From assembly GCA_040437565.1 (NCBI GenBank), contig JBDOQK010000040.1, forward strand, positions 248,001-312,000: a DNA stretch of 64,000 nt, read 5' to 3'. The stretch is from Albugo candida (Eukaryota). Of this stretch, positions 27,411 through 39,850 are shown in pieces; positions within the stretch are counted from its first letter, which is position 1, and the number at the start of each line of letters is the position of its first letter. Position numbers and translations under genes: made by a program. The notes under the pieces are model-generated. The model saw only the letters and a program-made list of their open reading frames with translations, was not told the origin of the DNA and did no database searches.

Positions 27411-29900
27411 GTTATAATTCTTCTGCACATCCAATTGTCTCATATTGCGACCATGAGAAATTGCGGATTAGGTTAAATCTGCGACATTTCTATTTGAAAT
27501 GTTTGTCTCCGTGACACTGTGCGAGCGTTTTGGATGAGATAATGTACGTATCGCGTTCTAAGCCAACGGCACCAATTGATCAAAATTGACGTTCTCCTCG
27601 ATCAATTGATCAACAATTCCGTTTAATGCTTCCTTCTCACAACACATACGTCTGTGTTGGATTGTCAGTTCATCGACACGTATCGCTTGCACTTGATTTC
27701 TCTCCTTTCTTATTCCTAACTTCACTTGAAATCACAAAACTGTTGTTCATTCGACAAGTGTATCTGTTTGCCCTTTGAGTTGCAGGAAATATACAGACGA
27801 CGAGAGCACCCGATCTCGCTGATCATATAATCGGCCTCGCAAAGCGAAGAATTTNNNNNNNNNNNNNNNNNNNNNNNNNNNNNNNNNNNNNNNNNNNNNN
27901 NNNNNNNNNNNNNNNNNNNNNNNNNNNNNNNNNNNNNNNNNNNNNNNNNNNNNNGTTATAATTCTTCTGCACATCCAATTGTCTCATATTGCGACCATGA
28001 GAAATTGCGGATTAGGTTAAGTCTGCGACATTTCTATTTGAAATGTTTGTCTCCGTGACACTGTGCGAGCATTTTGGATGAGATAATGTACGTGTCGCGT
28101 TCTAAGCCAACGGCACCAATTGATCAAAATTGACGTTCTCCTCGATCAATTGATCAACAATTCCGTTTCATGCTTCCTTCTCACAACACATACGTCTGTG
28201 TTAAATTGTCAGTTCATCGACACGTATCGCTTGAAATGACTTCTCTCCTTTATTATTCCTAACTTCACTTGAAATCACAAAACTGTTGTTCATTCGACAA
28301 GTGTATCTGTTTGCCCTTTGAGTTGCAGGAAATATACAGACGACGAGAGCACCCGATCTCGCTGATCATATAATCGGCCTCGCAAAGCGAAGAATTTTGC
28401 TGTCACCGCATTTTTCTCTGATACGATTTGATCGTATTTTCATGTTCACGACACCAATTGATTGCTTCGGCATCGAAATTCCATTATTCTTGTCTAAACA
28501 TTTCGAGCTATTTACTGACGTCTGATACTTGTATTCGAACAGCTTTGTCCTCTTCTGCGTGTCGACTTCGCAAAGCTTTGATTGTAAACTTGAAGCTGAT
28601 TCTGTATCGGCTCGAGTTCCAGCGCTCGTTATAGCTGTATTATTGTACCTTCGTTTCAGCAACGATTCCTTCGTAATTGCTACCAATCATTGCTCTGTAA
28701 ATGCAGCTGCTTTACTTCTCCGGCATGCTTCTATTTACGTTGTGAGATCGTCAGTTCGCTTGATTATCAGCTCGTAGCTTTTCGACCTCAGCTATCAAGC
28801 GCTGATACGAGTTGAATCCTCGCAGTTTCAATCTCCCTTGTTTTCCGCTTGTTTTCTCGATTATTGAAGACCGTTCCCCATTGCTCGCAATTCCACATCT
28901 CCTTCTCAAACGCATCCACATACTGTTAGATCGATGTGACCGTACTGTTCTCATCGTTCCTTTTGTCTGGTGTAGTCGATAACATCTCTGCTTGCTCCAT
29001 AAGATGCGGACACATGACCGAGTACTTCCTCCATTTGATCCTCCTCGAAGACTCTTTCAGCCATCCGGTCAGAGCAATTGGCTTTCTGGCTGCTGCTTCT
29101 CGTTGCGGTGCCGGATACGCTGTTTTAAGATCCGGAAAGACGAAGTTGAGATTCAAAATTGCAGACATCTAATACCTGCCGCCAAAAACATTTGTGCGCT
29201 GGAAGATCGATCGATGGAGTTGATAGTTTCTACTGTAGCCATATACACTGTCTGATTTCATTTCAGTGACCGTTCGTATCGATACAGCTTGTTATCGAGC
29301 AGCGTTGTTACATTCCGCTGCTTCCCTTAAAGCCAAGTGGTCTATTGCCAGGGGAAGCAGTTCTATTTTCTTTTAGGCTTCTTCGAGCTCATTTTCCATC
29401 CAATCGCTGGAGCAATGATTTACAATGGTGGCATAAATTCGCTGCATTGAGACAAAGAAGCCACTGATTGGGCCGAAGGATGTACGCTGGAAATGCGGCG
29501 AGGAGGCATATCGGCTGACTGTGATAGTGTCGGATCAAACGAGTGGTTTCTGGGTCTTCTATTCCTCAGTTCTTCACTGTCAAAAACAGCTTGTGAGGAA
29601 GACACGTAACGCGTTTTACTTCCAGCCGGAATGGTATCGTACTCGGAATATATTACGCAAATTTCACTCGATATAAAATTTCAGCATTGCAGCGAGATCA
29701 CGACACTTTAGGGCCGAAATCCGACACAAATGCTCTCTGATTTCCTGAGTGATTTGACATTACACCATGTAGCGAAATCGAACAAAAGGCGTCACACCAT
29801 CCGAATGATTTGGAACCGCTACGAGAACAACGTCGTACTATTTCGGATATACTTGTCTGATTCCATATTAAGAAGAAGTGTCGTGTGATTTGGGAGGTTA
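27411..29900 (-). pseudogene. Decayed coiled-coil-like gene, duplicated at 33500-34600 and partly at 52200-52500
   Basis: Shared peptides DTESA...VDTQKR...RFARPII and EVEKL.AD; clear DNA similarity between copies. Confidence 0.6.
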
Positions 29901-31116
29901 TTGTGATGAATAGCACTATGATAGCCTTTGCATTGTATCGATTGAGATGCGTTTTTCTTACTAATTCGACGGAAAGGGCGAGTGATTGGTTGGCGTTGGT
30001 GCTAATATCACGTTTTCCAGTTGCATATATCAAGGTTGCGGTCCAGCTAGCATTCGTAATGCTCCTTTGTGACAGCGGACGATAGCATACATAGTTTGCT
30101 TACACATAAACGTGGAAAATCCGTGGGTAATGGCAGCGAGAAAGCATGTGAACCAGTCATTTTATGATATGACAAAAATGTAATCAATCAATGAGGAGTT
30201 AAAACCACAATAATTAGTTACTCAACTGCTGGTAATTCATTGTGACTATATGAGGGCGTGACATGGCCTCTCTACAGAGAACACTGCATTTTGGTATTGA
30301 AAAATTGTATTAGAGTGGAGACGATTTTCATTCTCCTAAGCTGCTGTCACAACTTGCGCTCCCTTAAATATTGAGGTTCTAGCTTAATTGTCCGCGCGCG
30401 CTCCACTTGGGATTTTCATTAGTAAATCGATGTGAACACGTTCGCCGGATGATTGAGTGAGACCATCACTTGTTTCTCTTATATAGAGCCATAAGGCGGT
30501 AGCTATTTGCCTAGAAGGCAAAGTCACAGGTCAGCTGAAGGTGTCTGTATCACTGCAATTAGGCTCCAGCTCACTACTCTCAATTTCAAAAAGGTTCCGA
30601 CCGGATCGATGTAACCATTAAAAAACAAAAGCGTCTCTATCATGTCAAAAATTTGATAAGTCAAATGAATAAATGGAAATTATGGAACACGAATACTTTC
30701 TTATGCTCCTAACCCAATTATATCGGTCCTCTTTTAGCATTGTACTCTTCTTTGTTGCCTTTCATATTCATTTGCCTATGATTCTACACCGTTGGTATAA
30801 ATTCACCCGGTTCAGCAGCACTAATTATCACTCCATCTTACTATTCCTAGCTTATTTAATCGGATTGCCTCAAGCATGGACACGTAATTCTTCGAGGTCA
30901 TCCGTACACACACCACCTTCGTACCACGTCCATGCATCCAGTAGTTCGAGGGGGCTTTGTGTAATGCCTACGATGGAATTGAGTCAATTTTGAGTGCAAT
31001 AACGACTCTAAATTCGCTTATTTCAAACTCGTGCCTTACGCAATACCTACCATCACGATCCTGTCATTCAAGCCATTGCAAGCTTGCTTCCTAAATCGCT
31101 AAGTTATAGAAACGAT

Positions 31117-32394
31117 TCATGAATCTCTCCCGAAACGCTTACGTCTCAACTTGACGTCCGATTCTCCACGCCTAGTCTTGAAGTCCAATTTGAACTCGTT
31201 CTTTGTGGTAGTCGTTGATACACGCTCCCTCACTTGTGACAGGAAATCCGGCAGTTGAAATGTAGTTGAGATTATATCAAACCAGAGCGATATCGTATTG
31301 AAAGTTGCCAAAAGGAGACTCCTAACTTTGACAGAATTCGTATAACATCACCTGATCCGATGTATCTGGGAATAACCATTAAAAGGATATCAATTTCATG
31401 AAGTTAGCTCCAGTAATCTGAACTGGACTTCTTAGCGGCACCTTTAGTAGCAAGCTGCTGGAGTAAGGTCGTTCGTTACCGAATCGTTGACCATAGTGTT
31501 ACTAAGTATCAGATGCTTCACTATGGGAAAGGTTCAACCTTAGTTCAAGATTCGATGATGTTCATTTGAGGAATCTTCCTGTTTGAAATAGCCACCCATC
31601 CGTTCAACCATACTGGAATCAACCAATCGATGTTACTTCGCACGTCTGAGTTGTTCAACTCTATTAGACGTCTCCCCTTTTCTGTCTGTGAACGCTTTAC
31701 TCTTCTTACCTTCCCAATCCCAAATACGATTCGGTATCTCGATGCATCATTTTTGTAAAAGCTGTCTTTCTACAACTCCATTGCCACTCTCCCGAAAATC
31801 CAGTAATGTTTGTCATGGAAGCGGATATGTTTATACATTATGGCCAAAGGAAGCGGCTTTGCGATGTGCGGCACAACTTTAATCGTTGCATATGCACTCG
31901 AAGTGATCTTCTTCGAAATGGTTTCTTACATGTGCAATTCCAAGGCTTTAGATACCATGAGCTTTACATAACTAATATCGAACTCGTACCTCTTTGAATC
32001 TTCCTATCCAGGATATCTCTACCATTTTTACTTCCCAGCTATCAGTAGGTACACTCGTGAACCTGATCGTTCTTATAAGACTGAAGTCTACTTTTTGTGA
32101 AGTGTCCATTGATAGTTTGGAATTTGGCTCCGTTAAAATGATACTGGAATTTATCACATCTTTCATTGAATGCTGCTAGATTGAGTTTCATTTTCAGAGG
32201 CAGAGAACCGGAACCTTTACGACTGTACGCGAGTTGTTGTTGCGGATTAGCGACCATAGCGAAGGATAGTTTGAAGAAAGAATCATCAAGTGAACATTTC
32301 AACGGTTTAGTAAAGGGGCATTCCTTTTTTTCCTCAGATTGTGCGACGACCGATGTCGCGGCGATGAGGTGGAGCAGCAGATAGACTTTCCCAT
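31117..32394 (-). pseudogene. Disrupted putative secreted protein, divergent pepsin-like family (copy 4)
   Basis: ATG 32394 with an immediate frameshift into KVYLLLHLIAATSVVA; ECPF...CDKFQYHFNG; LSMDTS; WEVKM; YWIFGRVAMEL*KDSFYK. Matches the 27129 gene. Confidence 0.65.
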
Positions 32395-33499
32395 GGTCGA
32401 CGTGGATGTTGTTTCCAAAAATATTAGAAAAAGAGCAAATAATGAGAAGCACAAAATGGTTGCGTCTGAATTTCTTCTAGATTTTCAGCCTACATAGCAC
32501 ATTCTACAGCAGACGAGTCACGAGTGAATGGATTAGAAATAGCGAACGTGATATAAAATCTAGGGTAAGATGTCACAATGTCGTACGCTACAATGATATA
32601 TGTAATCAACACGGCTGAATATTGCTCGATACGAACAAAAGCTACATTGTTTACAAACATAGTTCGAAGCCCGTGGAAGACACACTGAATTGAGCCAGCT
32701 TTGGATCGAAGCCTCAATGCGTTGCCATGTTAATAATCTAATTTCTAGCAAGCTCCTAGGACCAAGAATAAATGATAAAATTCAATGCACTACTTTAACT
32801 CGCAAACTCACAAAAAGGACAGAAATTTTCTACCGATCTGATAGTTGCGTTTTGATTGAGATAACGTACGTGTCGCGTTCTGATTTAAAGGCCAATTGCT
32901 CNNNNNNNNNNNNNNNNNNNNNNNNNNNNNNNNNNNNNNNNNNNNNNNNNNNNNNNNNNNNNNNNNNNNNNNNNNNNNNNNNNNNNNNNNNNNNNNNNNN
33001 NTTGTGCGACGACCGATGTCGCGGCGATGAGGTGGAGCAGCAGATAGACTTTCCCATGGTCGACGTGGATGTTGTTTCCAAAAATATTAGAAAAAGAGCA
33101 AATAATGAGAAGCACAAAATGGTTGCGTCTGAATTTCTTCTAGATTTTCAGCCTACATAGCACATTCTACAGCAGACGAGTCACGAGTGAATGGATTAGA
33201 AATAGCGAACGTGATATAAAATCTAGGGTAAGATGTCACAATGTCGTACGCTACAATGATATATGTAATCAACACGGCTGAATATTGCTCGATACGAACA
33301 AAAGCTACATTGTTTACAAACATAGTTCGAAGCCCGTGGAAGACACACTGAATTGAGCCAGCTTTGGATCGAAGCCTCAATGCGTTGCCATGTTAATAAT
33401 CTAATTTCTAGCAAGCTCCTAGGACCAAGAATAAATGATAAAATTCAATGCACTACTTTAACTCGCAAACTCACAAAAAGGACAGAAATTTTCTACCGA

Positions 33500-34600
33500 T
33501 CTGATAGTTGCGTTTTGATTGAGATAACGTACGTGTCGCGTTCTGATTTAAAGGCCAATTGCTCCAAATTACCTTCTGCTGTGATGAATTGATCAACAAC
33601 ACCGTTCAATGCTTCCTTCTCACTGCACAAACGCCTGCGTTGGATCGTCAGTTCATCGATACATATCGCTTGAAATTGATTTCTTTCTTGTAATTTTCTC
33701 AATTGCACCTAGAATCTTGAACCTGTTCTTCCATACGACCCAAATGTATCTGTTGCTCTTCGCGTTGCAGTAAATATTCTCATCAGACGACGAGAGAAAT
33801 TGTTCTCGCTAATCATATAATTGGCCTTGCAAAGCGTTCGAAATTATTCTTCTCCAATACAATTTGATCGTATTTGCATGTTAACGACTCCAGACTGTTC
33901 TTACACAGCATTGACCTCTTCTGCGTGTCAACTTGGAGCCTTAAAGCTGATTCTGTGTCGGTCCAAGTATCCTGATGCTCTCGTAAAGTCTTCACCGCTC
34001 GTTGTAGCTGTATTGGAGTCGCTCTCTTTTCAGCAACGATTTCTTCGTAACTGAGTCGTATGTCCTTCAGCATATTTTTACAAAGGCGCTCCATTGGCTG
34101 ATGTTATTTCCTCTCCTCTGTGCCGTCATCTGCGACATCCTTGGCAAAGCTTTTTTCTCTCCTTTCACAACTTTTACTTGTGGCTGTAATCGCTTCAATT
34201 CATTGTTTCTTGAATGCAGCTCCTTCGCTTCTTGGCGACATGCTTTTAATTTCGTTGTGAGATTGTCAGTTCGCTTCAGTATCCGCTAGGAGCTTTTCGA
34301 CCTCAGCTTCTAAGGCGCTGATACGCGTCGATTTCTCGCAGTCTCGATCAGCCAGCCGGTATGGTACGCGATCGGAACATGTTGCGCAAATTCCCATCCG
34401 ATATGACATTTCAGCGTTGCAGCGAGATAACGACACTCTTGGGGCGAAATTTGATATGAATGCTCTCTTAGTTCCGTATCGATTTGACATTGACATTAAT
34501 ATTGGATTCTGTGTGCATATTTGGGAAAAGTTGACGTCTGAATGAATGGATATTCTCTCGTTCCAAACGGCATTATGATTGTGCTTCCATCGTGTCGATT
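33500..34600 (-). pseudogene. Decayed coiled-coil-like gene (paralog of 27411-29900)
   Basis: ORF pieces 33493-33708, 33813-34094 and 34266-34691 align with 28090-28800 and 29680-29760. Confidence 0.6.
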
Positions 34601-35451
34601 GAGATGGTATTTCCTTGCTATTTCGACGGAAGAGGACGAGTCCTTTGCGGGGGTGGGGACTATAGCACATTATGTAGTCGCATGTATTCATATTCTTCCC
34701 TGACTCGCATCCGCTGTATCATTTATGAGAGCTGACCGGAGGACGCGACCTGACATTGCTCAATTCGAGCAAAAAGGTAAATACGCAAGAATAGAAGGTC
34801 CTAAAATGTAGATAATCTAAATTTTGGTGTCCCTCCAAATTTTGATACGGTCGCAATAAATCGAATGTGTTAATAACATGACATCGAATGCGAGAGGATG
34901 ACGTCTGCCATGTACATCATATAAAAAAAGCTTGTATTCTTGAAAGGCATTGTCACAGATATCAGTGACTATCCTAGTAAGTCTTTTATGTGACTGACTG
35001 TAGGCTTGACTTGGACTCTCTCCACGGAATATTATATTTTTAGAACAAAACATGTCCAGGAATTAGTGGCAAGTTGACAGACAGTAGAATTAAAAAGTTC
35101 ATCCCACAAGCTGTTCTTACAACTTGCCCTCCTATTAAAAAGATATTTCTAGCATGTGCGCTCTGCTCTGAATACCATAAGCAGGGTGACGCATACACAT
35201 CCGCCGTTTGCTTTGTAACATTCTCGTGGACCAATACTTCTTTTTCAATAGCATGATATGCCAGTTCCACACCTGACGAATCATCCTTTTTTCTTGCATT
35301 CTTCCTCGATGTATGTCGTTGCTTGATCAATGCTGCTACAATTGATTTCTATCAAACTCACGTGATCCACTTGATCCACTTTTCCGCCTCTTTTAAAACT
35401 TTCGCCTATATCAGGGTTCTAGCCCGGAATAATCCTGCATGGGTTTGGTGC

Positions 35452-38400
35452 TGTTGTTTGTCCATGCTGCTTGAGTAGTGTGGGGTAAATGAGAAACTAT
35501 TTAATTTGAAGCTTATGGTTATATTATCACTTCTTTCCTTTTCCTACTGTCCTCGTATATTATCAAGAGGGGCTTCGTCCATTCCAAGGATCGCAATCTT
35601 TCGACATCACTAGTCGCGCCTTTTCAACACCCTTCTCGAGGTTTCAGCACACCAGTGAGACTAGATTGCGTAGAACATTGAGCCATGGCGCGGAAAAAGT
35701 CTTGGTTAGAATGTCAGCGCGCATGAAACGCGACTCGCAATAGTCCACTTTGACCACTTCTTTCTGACTATAATCCAGGATAAACTTGAGTCGCATCGCG
35801 ATATGCTTCATTCTCCCTGCGCTGTATTCTCATTGAATCTTCCTTATCACAGTTTGATTATCCTCGTGCGTTACCACTGGATTGACCACACGCACCCCAA
35901 TTTCTTTTAGAGACTCTTTCATTCCTAACAAATCAGTTGCCACCTTCGAAGCTGCCACAAATTTAGCGGCCATCGTCGATAGAGCCACGCTGTTTTTTAC
36001 GGCACATCCATCCAACAATCATTCCATGAAGACAAATGACACCTACACCGACCGACTTGCGGTCCGTACGATTCGCTGCATACTCTGCGTCACTGTAACT
36101 TTCCAGCATAACCGTTGGCGATGCATCCTTTCTTTCCGTTCCTTTTAGTTGTAACTCTAGGTCAATCGTATCCTTCAGACAGACAACGAACAATTCTCTT
36201 TGTCACCCCACCAGTCGCTTTCTAGTGGCGCGTGCGCACGCCGGCTGGCCCGATGCACTGCGAACGCAATGCTCGGTCTCGTACAATGAGCCAGCCACAG
36301 AGACTTCCAATTATTGACTGGAAAACATCTTGACGGTGGGGTGCTCAGCCCTGCTGACATTACCACTTGGTAATAATTCGCCCTCATCCTCGAAATCTTT
36401 GCTCCTCGCCAATAGATGTACGCGCTGGTTAGCCTGCTCCAAAAGAAGTTTACTGAGAATTTCTCGGATACTCTGCGCTTGTTCATGATTATAACCCTCA
36501 TCGTCGTCGTACATTATTCTAATGCCAAGAAACATGGTCAGCTCTCCGAGGTCTTCCACCCCAGGCACACGCATTTGCCTTGAAAAATTGATTTATTTTG
36601 CTGACGATTGTTTCGGTAACCAGCAAGTCGTCCACGTAGACTCCCACTAGAATTGTCGCCGACCCGCCACCTTTCTTGTATTAACAACTGTCCGTATGAC
36701 ACTGACTAAATCTGATCTTGAGTAGCATGGCGTGTAGCAATTGTTCCCACAAGCGTTCGGCTTGTTTAAGTCCATACAGGCCCTTGGTAATTCTCAACTC
36801 CATCTTGCTCCTGCTACTTGTGGCCAGACTACCTAGCTTATTTGCATCAAAATCCATACCCTGTGGCACGTGGAGGACATTCTCAAGATCTTCCTTCGTC
36901 TTTCTCGGCTTTTACGTAATAGTTTCGGACATCGCCGTGTCGAGCTGACACTTCCATACTCGTGCAAGAGTTAGCACGACTCTTGCAGCCGTTACGTCTA
37001 TCACAGCGCTTAATTCAAACGTGTAATTCACTCTATATGCTTTCTCCTTAACGCATGCCAAAAGTCTTGCCCTATATCTTCCAAGAGTTCCATCCGTGTG
37101 CTTCTTGTTCTTGAAAACCCACTTGGAATGCAATATGTGTTGACCAGGACGGCGAATTCTCAGCTCCCAAGTACCGTTTGCCTTCAGGGAATCGATTTTC
37201 AAGCGGATCGCATCACACCACCACTCCGTCTCTGAATACTGCATTGGTTCCAATATGAGGCCAGATCTCTAATCACACCAGCCATCGCCTCCGGAACATG
37301 TTTCGCGCCCATGTTTCGAGTAGTCATACGGTTTCCAGGTTACGTTTCTCATCCATGGTCAGCACCATCACTTTCAGTTGTTTTAGAAGCAGTAGTGCCC
37401 TTTCTCTCCTGATTCCCGCCCCTTGAACGCTTTCTTCCGATCGCTTCTATCTCCTTCCGCTGAGCTACATTCTCTATATCTTGGTTGTCTTGGAAAGATG
37501 AATATTCCTGATGTAGATGCTCCTGTAAATGCTGATGTTCCTCAACTCTTTTCGTTTTAGCATTCTTGACTTGTTGCGTTGTAACTACCAACATGGGAAA
37601 GGTACACCTTGAACCCCTTAGTCTCATCGTGATTTTCGATAATTACTCCAGCCCTGACCTGTGGCTTCCACGCTTTTCGTCACGGGTCGTGATACACAGC
37701 ACACGGACTTCCAAACACCATTATGTAAGAAATATTGTTTCTTCCCCGTCACTATTTCAAGTGGAGACGCTCGATTTAGATTCGAGCTGCTCGGGACGCG
37801 ATTTAAAATATATGCGACGTACTCCACTACATCACCTAGAAGTGCATCAATAAGCCACTTGCGAACAACTTGCATCGCGCCATATTAAGCACAGTCCTAT
37901 GCATGCGCTCCGCCTTTCCGTTGGATGCTTGGTTAGTGGCTTCACTTATTTCTCTTATTACCCCAGTTGACTTGTAAGAAATATCGACATTGCGATATTC
38001 GCCTCCGCCATTCGTACTTAAAATGTGGACCTTTGCAATCAAAAGCGCGCTCGAAAGAAGTCAAATAATGCTCAAAATCTGCTCAGCAAGATTTTTCTTC
38101 CGCGCAACGAACACTCTCCAGTAGTTAGATTCGTGATCAACAAAGTTGATGATGTATCGGTCTCCATTTCGGTCCAGTGGCGTCATGGGACCTTGAAGGC
38201 ACTGCAGATAACTTTACCTATTCGATCAATTGGTGAGTGCGCTCCAGTATACTTCTTGGACTGTGAATTCTTCGACTGCTTGCCTTGAGCACATGNNNNN
38301 NNNNNNNNNNNNNNNNNNNNNNNNNNNNNNNNNNNNNNNNNNNNNNNNNNNNNNNNNNNNNNNNNNNNNNNNNNNNNNNNNNNNNNNNNNNNNNNGCGTT

Positions 38401-38760
38401 CCCGTTTTATATGTCGCATTAAATTCACAATGAGTTTCTCTGGTCTGTCCACATGATCTACACCATGGTCAGAGGCCCTGTGCTCACTTTAACGAGATAT
38501 CTTCTCGCTAACACTTGCCGCATCATCGAGTGCGCATAGTGGAGCTGCTGGAGAGTCTTCCGGAGGGCTTGGGCTCATAACCAGTTGTTTGTCCACGCTT
38601 CTTGATCAGTGTGAGGTAAATGAGAGACTTTTTTATTTGAAGCTTATGGTCCTATTATCACTTCTTTTCTCTTCCTACTGTAATCGTAGATTACGAAGGG
38701 GCGCTTTATCCATTCCAAGGATCGCGATCTTTCGACATCACTTGTCGCGACTTTTCAACA
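35452..38760 (-). mobile_element. Ty1/copia LTR retrotransposon, defective
   Basis: LTRs 35452-35629 and 38583-38760; TSD GGTGC/GATGC; PBS GGTTATGAGCCC at ~38571-38582; integrase (GGGEY, SNGKAERMHRT), RT (GLYGLKQA, YVDD) and RNase H (SDAEYA, ADILTK) remnants. Confidence 0.92.
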
Positions 38761-38819
38761 GATGCTCTATTTGTAACTCTATGCACTTGAATCATTTGAG
38801 AGAATACATAATAAATATT

Positions 38820-39328
38820 AGGAGCCGTTTCAATTCCCTCAGTGGTTTCGGTAAAATCCTCTCATTTTGATATAATTGGCTTGTTTTATGCTTGCATAGT
38901 GCTAATGTACGCCTAGGCAAGGGACGATATGAAAACACTGCCCGTTACTTTTCGACATTAAATATTTTGCGCTTATTTTTGCAATCACTCCGTTTAGTTA
39001 GCGCTCGCGTTTGTTCGTGTAGCTCATTGCTGTTAGACTATTTTAGCGTTCGCAGTTTGATGATAAAACAAAAATATTCTATGCTGTGAGCTGAGTTCTA
39101 ATGTTTTCACTGTGTACGGATCATTCGCGAAACAAGAATCTTATCTTCTCCAAAGTTGGTCTTCAAAGATGGTTTCCGGGTGAAAATGATAGCCTCTTTT
39201 GCTGTCGATACGGTTGATTCCTCATTCTCGGAAATCAGCCAATTATACCGAGACGTCTCGAACATTAGCCAATCATATCAAACTGAGGGGATTTTATTAA
39301 AAGTACTGAGGCGAATTCAAGGGTTTTC
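38820..39328. mobile_element. MITE-like element (copy 2)
   Basis: Collinear with 3170-3654, with the same inverted-end motifs (atcaaactgaggggat). Confidence 0.7.
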
Positions 39329-39449
39329 AATATTAAGAGTTTTTATAAATATCGCAGCTTTGTTGCTGAATGTGCTCGATATATCTACTCTCGTAATTAA
39401 AAGACTCCATTTTCCGCAGACACACTGGTGCTAACATTTTCATACTCAT

Positions 39450-39850
39450 CCAAACTAGATTTTATTTTTCTTTGTTTCTTGATAAGATTTATTCGGACGG
39501 TTTAACGGAGTCCCATAGATGTACCACGTTGTTGCCAACTGTAATACCAATAAGTGTAATACAGCTATGAATAGAATAAGAAGTAAGGATGCATCATGAT
39601 GAGATGATTGGGTTGGTTTTTGTTCGGTGGGGACATAAAGATCTGATATGTCAAACTTTCACGATCTACCATACGGATGTACATATGAAGGAAGAAGAAG
39701 TCTTCCCTAAAAAAACTCATCCCAGGCGTGTATGGGAATGCCTCATTCATCTTGACGCATTGCAATATGCTATTACTCTGTTTTTACGAGGAAAAACTTA
39801 ATCAACGTTGCCTTACTCATCTACAGCGTCATAATTGTACACGAAACATG
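39450..39850 (-). pseudogene. Possible decayed paralog of the 49128 secreted protein
   Basis: EDFFF...NQPNHL...PYFLFYS resembles VDFFF...DKPSHFL...PSYLVVFYS; weak. Confidence 0.3.

Noticed and set aside
27411-28396. Near-identical ~440-bp duplication around a gap
   Set aside because: Most likely an unmerged overlap or two haplotypes (few differences), not a real tandem gene.
32339-33564. Exact ~560-bp direct duplication around a gap
   Set aside because: Identical sequence on both sides of the N run is typical of unmerged contig overlap.
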